42,893 nt of DNA from an uncultured Gammaproteobacteria bacterium (GCA_964464795.1 CAYXHB010000001.1:1-42893), one strand, 5' to 3'; positions 8,920-18,151 are shown, numbered from the stretch's first letter. Translations and numbers: made by a program. The notes: generated from the letters alone by a model not told the origin.

Positions 8920-10655
8920 AAAAAAACAACAAGTGGATACATCCGTTACTGTTAGTGGTCATTTTGTTATTGGGGTGGGGAGCGCGGGTTTGGGGTATTA
9001 ACTGGGACGATGGGTATCATTTTCATCCTGATGAAAGAATGATAATTATGGTGGCAGAGAGAATCTCGTGGGTGAATCCAATTACGGACTGGGAGACTTT
9101 TACCTCACCTGCTTCTCCAATGAATCCGAAATTTTTTGCGTACGGGAGTTTGCCGATTTATTTGCTGGCGATGAGTGCACATTTGCTAGGGGTGGTCTTG
9201 GGTCAAGGAAATGTGGCGACTTATGATGGAATGTTGATTGTGGGGAGGTTATTGTCGGCGACGTTTGATACTTTGACTATTTTGATAGTATTCCTGATTG
9301 GGAAGAAAATTGGCAAGGCAACTCTGGGGTTGATAGCGGCAGGCTTGTATAGCTTGGCGGTGTTTCCTATCCAGGCGAGTCATTTTTTTGCGGTTGATAC
9401 TCTCTTGTCATTACTGGTGAACGCAAGCTTGTTGGTGTTGGTGAGTATAAGAAAAATGACTTGGAAAAGTGCTCTAGTTCTGGGATGTTTGTGGGGACTG
9501 GGGCTGGGGACCAAAGCCAGTGCTCTTGTGGTGGCTGGATTGATTGGTGCTTGGCTGGGGCATGGGTTACTTGGGGTGGGAAAATTGGGGAAAGGGAATA
9601 CAAAGTTATGGGAAAGAGTTACGCGAGCTTTGGGATGGGGTGTGGTGATGGCGGCGGTGGCGATGGTAGTGGTAAGCATTGTCCAGCCTTACATGTGGTA
9701 TGACAAGGAACAGTTCTGGGGAGACGTTGAGAACCAATCCAGAATGAGGAATGACGCCTGGACGTTCCCTTATACCAGGCAATACATCGGAACTATGCCT
9801 TATGTTTATCATGGGGAGCAAATCGCCAAATATGGACTGGGATGGGGACAGACAGGGTTAGTATTGCTGGGGATAGCGGCGCTAGGAGGGATGGTGAAAA
9901 AAACAGGCTGGAAAAAGTTCTTGGAGGAAAATAAAAGTGTTTGGGTAATAGTATTAATGGCTTGTTTTGTCATCCCTTTTGGGATGTATAGTGTTAAATT
10001 CATGCGCTATCTCCTGCCGATTTATCCAGGATTGGCGCTCTTGGGAGGACTGGGTTTGAGTAGTTACTGGAAGTTTGATGGAAAAGTAAAAAATATATAT
10101 ATCGTGGGAACAGCCTTATTAATCCTAATGAGTGTGTTATGGACCGGGGCGTTTATGTCTATGTACCAGAGGGAAAATACCCGCCTGACTGCGAGTAAAT
10201 GGATGTGGAATAACTTGGATAGAGGTGCGGTGCTGGCAATTGAACACTGGGATGATGCTCTGCCTATCCCGCCGTGGCACAGTAAGTTTAGCCAAGTGAG
10301 TTTGGCTTTGTACGAAAGTGACACAAGGGAAAAGTGGTCTATAATCAGCATGCAGTTGGAGAGGGCGGATGCGATTGTGATAGCCAGTAACCGGTTATAT
10401 GCCCCCTTAATGCGGTTGGATGAGCACTATCCGGTAGGTGGGCAGTATTATCAAAAATTGTTTGACGGAGAATTGGGGTTTGAATTATCATTGGAGGCAA
10501 CCAACTATCCACGCATTTGGGGATATGAGATAGTTGACGATGAGGCTGATGAAAGTTTTCATGTCTATGACCATCCTCGGGTGATGGTGTTTGTGAAGAA
10601 AAATCAATATACTGCTGATGATTATTATCGTTTAATTACCCAAAATAAATTCTAA
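8916..10655 (+). CDS. Polytopic GT-C fold glycosyltransferase, family 39-like (paralogue of 7081-8919)
   Basis: Has the same 'FHPDERMI' loop motif and the same C-terminal 'FHVYDHPRVMVFVKK' block. Multiple TM helices. Confidence 0.75.
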   Translation: MKKNNKWIHPLLLVVILLLGWGARVWGINWDDGYHFHPDERMIIMVAERISWVNPITDWETFTSPASPMNPKFFAYGSLPIYLLAMSAHLLGVVLGQGNVATYDGMLIVGRLLSATFDTLTILIVFLIGKKIGKATLGLIAAGLYSLAVFPIQASHFFAVDTLLSLLVNASLLVLVSIRKMTWKSALVLGCLWGLGLGTKASALVVAGLIGAWLGHGLLGVGKLGKGNTKLWERVTRALGWGVVMAAVAMVVVSIVQPYMWYDKEQFWGDVENQSRMRNDAWTFPYTRQYIGTMPYVYHGEQIAKYGLGWGQTGLVLLGIAALGGMVKKTGWKKFLEENKSVWVIVLMACFVIPFGMYSVKFMRYLLPIYPGLALLGGLGLSSYWKFDGKVKNIYIVGTALLILMSVLWTGAFMSMYQRENTRLTASKWMWNNLDRGAVLAIEHWDDALPIPPWHSKFSQVSLALYESDTREKWSIISMQLERADAIVIASNRLYAPLMRLDEHYPVGGQYYQKLFDGELGFELSLEATNYPRIWGYEIVDDEADESFHVYDHPRVMVFVKKNQYTADDYYRLITQNKF

Positions 10656-10657
10656 AC

Positions 10658-13054
10658 ATGATGATGCATATTTTAAATTGGTGGGCGGTGTGGTGGATGG
10701 TGGGATTTGTGTCTTTGCCGGTGGCGATGAAGATGTTTAGCTCTCTGAGTGATAAAGGATATGCTTTGGCACGATTGTTGGGAGTGTTGGTGATATCGTA
10801 TGTGATTTGGTTGGGAGCAAGCTTAAAAATTGTGCCTTTTTCCAGCTACTCGGTTTGGATTGTGTTTGGGTTGTGGGTGGGGGTGAACTGGATAATTTTT
10901 AGGAGAGAACAAAAAGAGATAGTGAGTCAATTAAAGAGTAATGGCTGGAAATGGTTGCGGGTGGAGGCGATTTTTGTGGTGTTTTTGTGTTTGTGGAGTT
11001 GGGTGAGAACCTTTAGTCCGGATATCAACGGACTGGAGAAGTTCATGGATTATGGCTTTATGAATGCAATTTTGCGAAGCGAGTTTTTCCCTCCTAATGA
11101 CATGTGGTTTGCGGGAAAAGGGATTAACTATTATTACTATGGTCATTATGTGTCAGCGCTGATGACTAGGATGTCCCAAGTACCAGCCGCAGTCAGCTAT
11201 AACCTGATGATAGCGACTATCATGGCCAACGCTATTGTAGCGGTGTATTCGTTGGTTGGAAGTCTGGTTCAATGGGCAGGCCTTGAACAGAAACATAACT
11301 TACGGCCGTTTTGGTGGAGGTTGGGAGGGACGGTGGCTGTGTTTTTGTTAGTGTTCCGCGGGAACTTGCATTTGGGAGCTTATGAATTGGGGAAATGGTT
11401 ATTGGACTGCCCTACCCCGACGGGAGAGGAAATTGTCTGTACTTCTAAGGTAGGCTTTGTAAACCCTAAGTGGTTTCCTGATGTATCAGCGCCATACTGG
11501 TATCCTGATGCAACGCGGTATATCCCCTATACGATTCATGAGTTCCCGATTTATAGTTTTATAGTGGCGGATTTGCACGCTCATTTGATTAATTTGCCGT
11601 TTGTAATTTTATATATTTCTTTTTTACTTCAGCTAGTTAAAGTTGGTACAAATAAATTGAAGTGGTGGCTGGTTGGCGGGTGGGTACTGGGAATTTTTTA
11701 TATGACTAATGCCTGGGATTGGCCAATATATATGTTGTTAACAGGGTTGGTTTTGTTGTATTTACAATGGCGACGAATAGTAGAATTACCAGCTGGACAC
11801 TGGAAGTGGTTGGTTAGTTCTAGTTTGACAGCAGGGCTTGTATTAGTGACGGTTGGGTTATTAGGTGGAAAATTGTCAGTGTGGCCGGAGTGGGTGGACT
11901 TGAATTGGCTGACAATAATTGTGTTAGCGACTATCTCTGGGTTAGGAATGTTTGTGGTGAGCAAAATGGCGCTGCCGGCGTGGTCGGTTTGGAAACCGAT
12001 TGTGTACAACTTGGTGCTTCCGTGCGTGATTATTTTGGTTGTTTCGATACTGACAGCTTTACCGTTTCATCTGGCATTTGAACAAATCGCCCAAGGGGTT
12101 GATTATGTTGCTGTCAGGTCGGATTTTTCTAAATTGTTGACTCTCTGGGGTTGGGATTGGTTTATGGGGTTGGTGTTGGTGGGCATCACAATTTTGACTC
12201 AGAAGAAATTTGCTAGTCAGAAAAGCCAACTTGACGGAGTTATGCTGGTCATCTGGGGGTTAGGAATAGGTCTGATTGTGATTCCTGAATTTATATATAT
12301 AAAGGATATTTATATTCAAGAGTACCATCGGGCCAATACCATGTTTAAGCTGGTCTATCAGTCCTGGACTCTGTTCGCGATAGTTTCGAGTTACACATTA
12401 ATCCGCTTACTGCGCTTGGACATGGGACGAAAAGGAAACCTGGTGAAAATTCCTCTATTACTGGTAATCGGCTTGATGATATGGCAAATGGGACGGTATC
12501 CATTTGTGGCTACCCAGTCTTATTATTCCATTATCAGTCCGTTTACAGATAGCTTGAACGTAGAGGCTACACGAAAGGGGTTGGATGGAGAGTTGTGGCT
12601 AAAGGAAGTTAGTCCTAATGAATATGCTGTTTTGGAGTACTTGAAACAGTTGAAAGGCGCGCGTGTGATTGTGGAGGCCGTGGGTGACAGCTACACGGAA
12701 TATAACAGGTTCTCGGCTTATAGCGGATTACCGACCATTGAAGGTTGGCTTGTACATGAGTGGTTATGGCGAGGGAGTTTTGATGAGCCGGGAAGGAGAG
12801 CAAGTGAGGTGGAGCATATTTACACGGCTAAAAGTGAGATTGAAACCAAGCCTGTGTATGAAGCAGAGCCGGTGGAGAGCGTGCCTGAGCTGATTAAAAA
12901 TTACAACGTAGAATATATTATCTTAGGAGAAAAGGAAAGAGAAAAGTATTCTACAAATGGGATGACGATTAACGAGCCGTTGCTGGAACAGTTAGGGGAC
13001 GTGGTGTTTGTTTCAGGTGAGAGCAAAGTATATAAGGTAAGAGCGAACCCTTGA
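10658..13054 (+). CDS. Large polytopic membrane protein of the DUF2298 / 'YYY' family (GT-C-like)
   Basis: About 20 TM helices. 'GINYYYYGHYV' motif characteristic of the Chloroflexi/archaeal YYY membrane-protein family. Soluble C-terminal domain. Confidence 0.75.
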   Translation: MMMHILNWWAVWWMVGFVSLPVAMKMFSSLSDKGYALARLLGVLVISYVIWLGASLKIVPFSSYSVWIVFGLWVGVNWIIFRREQKEIVSQLKSNGWKWLRVEAIFVVFLCLWSWVRTFSPDINGLEKFMDYGFMNAILRSEFFPPNDMWFAGKGINYYYYGHYVSALMTRMSQVPAAVSYNLMIATIMANAIVAVYSLVGSLVQWAGLEQKHNLRPFWWRLGGTVAVFLLVFRGNLHLGAYELGKWLLDCPTPTGEEIVCTSKVGFVNPKWFPDVSAPYWYPDATRYIPYTIHEFPIYSFIVADLHAHLINLPFVILYISFLLQLVKVGTNKLKWWLVGGWVLGIFYMTNAWDWPIYMLLTGLVLLYLQWRRIVELPAGHWKWLVSSSLTAGLVLVTVGLLGGKLSVWPEWVDLNWLTIIVLATISGLGMFVVSKMALPAWSVWKPIVYNLVLPCVIILVVSILTALPFHLAFEQIAQGVDYVAVRSDFSKLLTLWGWDWFMGLVLVGITILTQKKFASQKSQLDGVMLVIWGLGIGLIVIPEFIYIKDIYIQEYHRANTMFKLVYQSWTLFAIVSSYTLIRLLRLDMGRKGNLVKIPLLLVIGLMIWQMGRYPFVATQSYYSIISPFTDSLNVEATRKGLDGELWLKEVSPNEYAVLEYLKQLKGARVIVEAVGDSYTEYNRFSAYSGLPTIEGWLVHEWLWRGSFDEPGRRASEVEHIYTAKSEIETKPVYEAEPVESVPELIKNYNVEYIILGEKEREKYSTNGMTINEPLLEQLGDVVFVSGESKVYKVRANP

Positions 13055-13112
13055 GATATTGGAAATTAGTCTCTCGAACTGAGATTGAAGTATAATATAG
13101 GGAACTGACTAT

Positions 13113-14003
13113 ATGCGAGTGATTAAGTTAATATTATTTTTTGTGGTTATTTGGCCAAGTTTGGCCTGGCCGGCCATCAGCTGGGCCCAAGAAGACATGT
13201 TGAGTGTGGAATCGGAAATAAGCACGGAGCAGTTATTAATGGATGAGGCTGAAGGAGAAGATTTAGGTGAAGGGGAAATTTTAAACTTGCCAGTGTTAGC
13301 GAATAATGAGTCTGATGGGCGAGATTTGAGCCGGCTGCGGCCTTGGAATATTTTGGCCTGGGGGGTCAGATACGCTCTGAATGCCGGGGTGACCAGTGAA
13401 ACGTTGGTGTTCGTGTTGCTATTACCCGCGTTGGCTACTCTAGTTACTCTGTGTCGGTATGTAATCGGGTTGCCGACCTTGGGAATGATTTTACCCTTGG
13501 CGTTGGCGGCGACGTTGCTTGCCACAGGACCGTTACTGGGAGCTGGTCTGTTGGCAGCTATCATGATTGGTTCGATCGGCGGAAAGTATTTGTTACGACA
13601 TGTAAGGATAATGCATTTTGCTAAATTATCAATGTCTTTTTTGTTAGTAAGCTTTACGGTGCTGGGGATGATTACATTGGGGACTTTGACCATTAAGAGC
13701 CATGCCGAGGAGCTGACTTTTTTGCCTGTATTGGTGTTGATAATCTTAAGTGAAAGACTGACGGCTTTGGGACTCAATCGGACTTTGTCTGCGACTCTGT
13801 ATATTTTCTTAGTTAATTTGGGAATTGCTTTGGTAGGGTTTGTGATGTTGTCTTCGGGGCAGGTACAGAGAATGGTATTGCTTTATCCTGAGTTAATCTT
13901 GGGACTAATACCAATCAATGTAATTTTGGGGCGGTACTTTGGGCTGAGATTAACCGAGTTGTTGAGATTTAAAACTTTAATTACTCCGTATGCCGGTAAG
14001 TGA
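13113..14003 (+). CDS. 7-TM membrane protein of the type usually fused to an inactive transglutaminase (7TM_transglut-like)
   Basis: Signal peptide, then an acidic linker, then 7 TM helices beginning 'LLLPALATLVTLCRYVIGLPTLGMILPLALA'. Overlaps the downstream ATP-grasp gene by 14 nt, which is the usual partner arrangement. Confidence 0.65.
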   Translation: MRVIKLILFFVVIWPSLAWPAISWAQEDMLSVESEISTEQLLMDEAEGEDLGEGEILNLPVLANNESDGRDLSRLRPWNILAWGVRYALNAGVTSETLVFVLLLPALATLVTLCRYVIGLPTLGMILPLALAATLLATGPLLGAGLLAAIMIGSIGGKYLLRHVRIMHFAKLSMSFLLVSFTVLGMITLGTLTIKSHAEELTFLPVLVLIILSERLTALGLNRTLSATLYIFLVNLGIALVGFVMLSSGQVQRMVLLYPELILGLIPINVILGRYFGLRLTELLRFKTLITPYAGK

Positions 14004-15267
14004 ACAAGTGCTGGGCATGAATGCCCGCAATTATTTGTATATTAGGAAATATAACAGTAGGGCGGCGCACAGGATTGCTGATAACAAACTGTTGAGTAAG
14101 AAAGCTTTACTGAAAGCAGATTTACCCACCGCCGCTCCATTGGCAGTGTTTAGGAATATGGGTAGTATGAAAAAGTTTGACTGGAGCAAATTGCCGCACA
14201 AAGGGTTTGCGATTAAACCCGCACGCGGGTATGGCGGTGAGGGTATTATTGTGTTTGCAAACTGGCAGGGAACTTATGGAGAAACAGTGAGCGGAGAAAT
14301 CGTGACTGTGAAGGATTTGCAAACTCATATTCTGGATATTTTGGATGGGAAGTTTTCGCTACAAACGTTACCTGACTGGGGGTATGTAGAAGAGTTAATT
14401 ACGCCCCATCCGTTTAGCAAACGGTTAGCAGCCGTAGGGTTGCCTGATATCCGCGTAATTGTGTTTAACCAAATTCCGGTTATGGCGATGATGCGGGTGC
14501 CAAATCAGAAGTCTCATGGAAAAGCTAATTTGATGCAGGGCGCGATTGCTCTGGGTATAGACTTGCGAACTGGGATTACTTTTTCAAGTTATACCAAAAA
14601 AGGTTCGACCCCGAGGTATTTATCAGGAACTAAAGTTAAAGCCAAGGGGATTAGAATACCTGACTGGAGACAGGTCTTATTGTACGCCAGTAAGGCCGCC
14701 CGCGCTTGTGAGCTAGGGTGGGCGGGGATAGACATGGTGATGGACGCAGAGCGCGGCCATCTGATACTGGAAGTTAATGCCCGCCCCGGGTTGGCAATCC
14801 AGTTAGTCAATAAAGCCTCATTGAGGACCCGTGTGGAACGAGTGGAGAATCTTAAACCCATGACCCATGCGCGGGCAGTGGATTTGGCACAATCACTATT
14901 TGCCCAGGACTTTGCTGATAAAGTGGACATGGCTCCAAAAATACTGGGCCGGAGAGAGGCTGTAATTTTGCATAAAAATGAAGACACTGTTTTGCTGGCA
15001 GATATAGATATCCAGAGTGAGCACTGTTTGATTGACAGAAAGTTGGCTAAAAGTCTCAAGATACCAGTTTTGGAAACTCCTCTGGTGATAAAAAATCGTA
15101 AAAGTGAGAAAAGTTATAAAGCAGTAACTTTGAGATATACATTGATGGGACAGAAATTTAAGGTGACTGCTGGGATAACTAATTTGGATGATAACGTGAG
15201 CAAGGTGATATTGGGAACTGATGGGATTAAAGGATTTTTGGTTAATCCGGAGAAGAAACAAAGCTAG
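13990..15267 (+). CDS. Alpha-L-glutamate ligase-like (RimK-related) ATP-grasp enzyme with a C-terminal divergent retropepsin-like (RimB / 'Zn_protease') domain
   Basis: N-terminal 'LGMNARNYLYIRKYN...ADNKLLSKKAL' and 'KPARGYGGEGI', 'EVNARPGL' ATP-grasp motifs. An extra ~110 aa (nt ~14941-15249) has 'LLADIDIQSEHCLID' and '...VILGTDGIKGFLVNP', matching the AKIDTGA...LLGR..L..FLVDP pattern of RimK-associated retropepsin-like proteins. Confidence 0.8.
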   Translation: MPVSEQVLGMNARNYLYIRKYNSRAAHRIADNKLLSKKALLKADLPTAAPLAVFRNMGSMKKFDWSKLPHKGFAIKPARGYGGEGIIVFANWQGTYGETVSGEIVTVKDLQTHILDILDGKFSLQTLPDWGYVEELITPHPFSKRLAAVGLPDIRVIVFNQIPVMAMMRVPNQKSHGKANLMQGAIALGIDLRTGITFSSYTKKGSTPRYLSGTKVKAKGIRIPDWRQVLLYASKAARACELGWAGIDMVMDAERGHLILEVNARPGLAIQLVNKASLRTRVERVENLKPMTHARAVDLAQSLFAQDFADKVDMAPKILGRREAVILHKNEDTVLLADIDIQSEHCLIDRKLAKSLKIPVLETPLVIKNRKSEKSYKAVTLRYTLMGQKFKVTAGITNLDDNVSKVILGTDGIKGFLVNPEKKQS

Positions 15268-15285
15268 GCTTATTTATAAAACTAG

Positions 15286-15357
15286 CGTCGCTACGGGGAT
15301 TCGAACCCCGGTTACATGGATGAGAACCATGCGTCCTAACCACTAGACGATAGCGAC
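15286..15357 (-). tRNA. tRNA-Glu (anticodon CUC)
   Basis: The reverse complement folds as a cloverleaf: acceptor GTCGCTA/TAGCGAC, D arm GTCT-AGTGGTTA-GGAC, anticodon arm CATGG-TTCTCAT-CCATG, T arm CGGGG-TTCGAAT-CCCCG. No encoded CCA. Confidence 0.9.
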
Positions 15358-15367
15358 AGATAGGGAT

Positions 15368-15376
15368 ATTTTAACA
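15368..15376 (-). promoter_or_regulatory. Extended -10 box (TGTTAAAAT) upstream of tRNA-Glu
   Basis: The minus-strand sequence TGTTAAAAT ends 10 nt before the mature tRNA 5' end. Confidence 0.35.
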
Positions 15377-15384
15377 AACAGGCG

Positions 15385-15424
15385 CCAAAAAAGCCTTAGG
15401 AGAAAAATTAATCTCGAAAGGCTT
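15385..15424 (-). terminator. Candidate intrinsic terminator after the pilin gene
   Basis: On the minus strand, AAGCCTT, a 20-nt loop and AAGGCTT are followed by TTTTT. It lies 9 nt downstream of the pilin stop. The loop is long, so this is tentative. Confidence 0.4.
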
Positions 15425-15432
15425 GATTGGGG

Positions 15433-15861
15433 TTAACGCAAGACGGTTATATACTCGCCTGGGTTAAGTTCACTTGAAGCTGAAGCTACAATTCTACCGT
15501 TGGCGTCTCGGAAAATTGTATAGCCTGTGTTGGCTTCAGTTCCGTCAACCGGATCCATAGGGATGGCTGGAATATAAGTAGGAACTAATTCGTCACTCAA
15601 GTCGACTCCAGCAGTACCTAACTGGCCTGGAGTAGTAGTAATGTCAGTTGGAGCATTGCCGTCGTTTTCAACTGTGTATTGATATATGGCGTTGACAACC
15701 TGATAGACGTCATTGCGCCTTTGGGTGTCACGGGCGTTAGCGAATTGACGGAGAGGATTGACAGCTACAAGCACGACTGCGGCTAAGATAGCGATAATTC
15801 CAATTACGACCATCAATTCGATAAGGGTAAACCCGCGTTGTTTTGTATTGGTTTGATTCAT
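15433..15861 (-). CDS. Type IV pilin / pseudopilin (prepilin-type N-terminal cleavage/methylation domain)
   Basis: 'KQRG|FTLIELMVVIGIIAILAAVVLVAV' class III signal peptide. I prefer ATG at 15861, with GGGAGG upstream, over the TTG at 15885 used by the ORF track. Confidence 0.9.
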   Translation of the reverse strand: MNQTNTKQRGFTLIELMVVIGIIAILAAVVLVAVNPLRQFANARDTQRRNDVYQVVNAIYQYTVENDGNAPTDITTTPGQLGTAGVDLSDELVPTYIPAIPMDPVDGTEANTGYTIFRDANGRIVASASSELNPGEYITVLR

Positions 15862-15917
15862 GGGCAGATGGTCACCTCCCTTCAAGATATGATTTATCTG
15901 CCCTTAGCGCGAGATAA

Positions 15918-16172
15918 TTACGGCGTCTGGGCAGACTCACTTGTTTCCAGCGTAACAGAGCTATCTGGGACTGTCAAACGGTCTTGGGTAGCAAACTCCA
16001 CTGCGTCTTCAATTTGCTTAGGGCTTAGTTCGATGTTTTGGGTTGAGGGAACTTCCTGAGGTTTGGTTTGAGACAGTTGGATGTACATAAGCCAAAAGCT
16101 AACTCCCCCGACTATCAGCCAAGTGATAATGGTGAGAAAAATGGGAAGGTTTTGTTTAATTTGTTTGAACAT
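15918..16172 (-). CDS. Small single-pass membrane protein inside the pilus operon, hypothetical
   Basis: 84 aa with TM helix 'LPIFLTIITWLIVGGVSFWLM'. Overlaps the PilO-like gene end by 17 nt. Confidence 0.5.
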   Translation of the reverse strand: MFKQIKQNLPIFLTIITWLIVGGVSFWLMYIQLSQTKPQEVPSTQNIELSPKQIEDAVEFATQDRLTVPDSSVTLETSESAQTP

Positions 16173-16788
16173 AGAGTTTACCTTTGAGAGTAGCTTTGAC
16201 TGAGTTTTCCGGCTCTGGTCTAATAGCTAAATCAACATCTTGAGGCGTATAAACCAAACCTCCAGCAGTCAGGTCGTCGAGCAACTTCTCTACCTCTGTA
16301 ATACTAGCAGCAGTGAAAGTAATAGTAACAGGCAGGAAAGGAAACTGCTCTCCTTGGCCGAGTACCGGAGCATTGGTGTCAAAACGGAGTTGGGGGTCAG
16401 GGAAGGCTGATAAACGATGGTTGATGCGTTCAATTACCCCAATGAGTTGTTGTTCTGAAGGGAAAACTTGATTAATGGTGTCTAGTTCATCTTGGTATTG
16501 GGTTTGGAGTTGCTGAATTTGAGCAGCAGAGGCTTGTTGTTTACGCAGGTTCTCCCCTGCTGCGTGGCGTTTGATGACTTCTGAAGTGAGCTGATAGAAA
16601 CCTAAAATCATGCCAATGAAAAGGAGGACTAGCATGATAGAAATAAGCAGACTTAAATTCTGAGGTTTGGGCGGCGGTGAAACAGCCGGAGTCTTGGTTT
16701 CGGACGGTGCGGGAGCTTGAGTTTGAGGAGACGATGGCTCCTCTTGCTTGGGGGCTTGAGTTGGAGGAGGATTGGAGGTAGCGTTCAT
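16156..16788 (-). CDS. PilO-like pilus assembly protein
   Basis: Start re-set to ATG 16788, 2 nt after the upstream stop at 16793-16795. Pro-rich N-terminus, TM helix (LLISIMLVLLFIGMILGF), coiled coil (QIQQLQTQYQDELD), C-terminal alpha/beta domain. Confidence 0.6.
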   Translation of the reverse strand: MNATSNPPPTQAPKQEEPSSPQTQAPAPSETKTPAVSPPPKPQNLSLLISIMLVLLFIGMILGFYQLTSEVIKRHAAGENLRKQQASAAQIQQLQTQYQDELDTINQVFPSEQQLIGVIERINHRLSAFPDPQLRFDTNAPVLGQGEQFPFLPVTITFTAASITEVEKLLDDLTAGGLVYTPQDVDLAIRPEPENSVKATLKGKLYVQTN

Positions 16789-16792
16789 AGGA

Positions 16793-18142
16793 TTATTGAT
16801 TGGAAGATTGGAGGTTAAGAGTAATTGTAAAGGGAACTGGTTGTCTTTGTTCGAAAACAGATAACGGCAACCTGACTTCGTTAAAAACTTCACTTTCGTC
16901 CAGGGCCGACTGGAAAGCGAAAACATCGGCTTGATTCGGGGCAACTCCGACGACAACTAAAGATTCTGTGGCGAGAACGAAGCGCATGCTGCTAATAGTT
17001 ATTTGAGGAGGGAGGCTCTGGTTAACTGCCTGGATAGCATGAAAAGCACTGCGACGGGCACGTGACTGGTTAATCAAGTTTATCTGAGCCTCTGACTTAT
17101 GGAATTGTTCTGATAACGCTTGCAAGTCAGCAGCCGGAGGAGCAACTGGACGCGAGTTACTGTAGGCTTGCCAGGCAAGAAAAATGAAGTAAGCGGCTAG
17201 GAAATTGAGGAGCAGCAAGGCCCAAGCACTGAGTGAAAAAATCCGTTTACGGCCATTGGAGTTACTAACGCTTGTGTAATCAATGTGGTATTGGGTAGGG
17301 ACTAAGTTGATGGTTTGACGGTCTTGAGGTGGAGCAACTGGTTTACTGGCTACGGAATCAATAAAAGCAGTTTGGGAAGAGGGGAGGATTTTGGCAGGGA
17401 AACTAAGTTTGAGTGCTGAGGCAACTTGCTCTGCTAATGAGCCAATGACGTAAACATGGGTAATTTCGAGGTTGTTTTTCTTGTGATAGTAATTGAGCAT
17501 TTGAGTGGCGACGGCGGCCACGTTGTCGACTTCTGAAACTACTGAAACTAGGTCAATAACATTTTTTTGGTTACTGACAACCAGCACTGACTCGGCTTCG
17601 GCTTCGATAATCAGGCCAGGGAGTTCTTGGGTGGAGATTATCCGGCAGAGAACCATGCTGGGAGTATCAATATCAACCACTTTGACTCCGTGAGAGCGCA
17701 AGACGTCAACATATTGCTCAAGAGGGGCCCGCGGGGCGGCGACGACCTGTAAGGTGGTAATAGGAGCTTCTTCTTTGATAATCTGCCAGTCGATAATCAT
17801 TTGCTCAGGCGGCAGAGGTAAGTAGTTTTGGACTTGCCAAAGAACGGTTTCGTGCATTTCCTGAACAGGAGAGGTTATTTCTACTAACCGAGTGAGGATG
17901 CTGGATTCGGGAATACAGATGGTGACTCCTTGTCCAGGACTCCAGCCTGAGGTAATCTCTTTAATGGCCGGGTCAGTGGAAAGATGGGAAAAGTCAGTTA
18001 TAGTTTCAGGTGCGAGAGTGGCCTGTCTGTAAGTTTTTTTGGACTGGGTTTTGGCAATAATTTGGCTACCAGTAAAACGGATTGCTTGTTTACTGATATA
18101 AAATTTAGTGTTGGATGAGGGCGATTTTGGAGTTTTGTTCAT
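16793..18142 (-). CDS. PilM-PilN fusion protein (actin-like ATPase-fold PilM domain, TM helix, PilN-like domain)
   Basis: The N-terminal ~270 aa resemble PilM. These are followed by 'INLVPTQY' (PilN INLLP-like), a TM helix 'IFSLSAWALLLLNFLAAYFIFLAW', and a periplasmic-type domain. Confidence 0.7.
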   Translation of the reverse strand: MNKTPKSPSSNTKFYISKQAIRFTGSQIIAKTQSKKTYRQATLAPETITDFSHLSTDPAIKEITSGWSPGQGVTICIPESSILTRLVEITSPVQEMHETVLWQVQNYLPLPPEQMIIDWQIIKEEAPITTLQVVAAPRAPLEQYVDVLRSHGVKVVDIDTPSMVLCRIISTQELPGLIIEAEAESVLVVSNQKNVIDLVSVVSEVDNVAAVATQMLNYYHKKNNLEITHVYVIGSLAEQVASALKLSFPAKILPSSQTAFIDSVASKPVAPPQDRQTINLVPTQYHIDYTSVSNSNGRKRIFSLSAWALLLLNFLAAYFIFLAWQAYSNSRPVAPPAADLQALSEQFHKSEAQINLINQSRARRSAFHAIQAVNQSLPPQITISSMRFVLATESLVVVGVAPNQADVFAFQSALDESEVFNEVRLPLSVFEQRQPVPFTITLNLQSSNQ

Positions 18143-18151
18143 AGGGAAAAT

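Noticed and set aside
13109-13777. 222-aa minus-strand ORF.
   Set aside because: It is fully antisense to the 7TM protein gene, which has a coherent signal peptide plus TM topology and is translationally coupled to its ATP-grasp partner.
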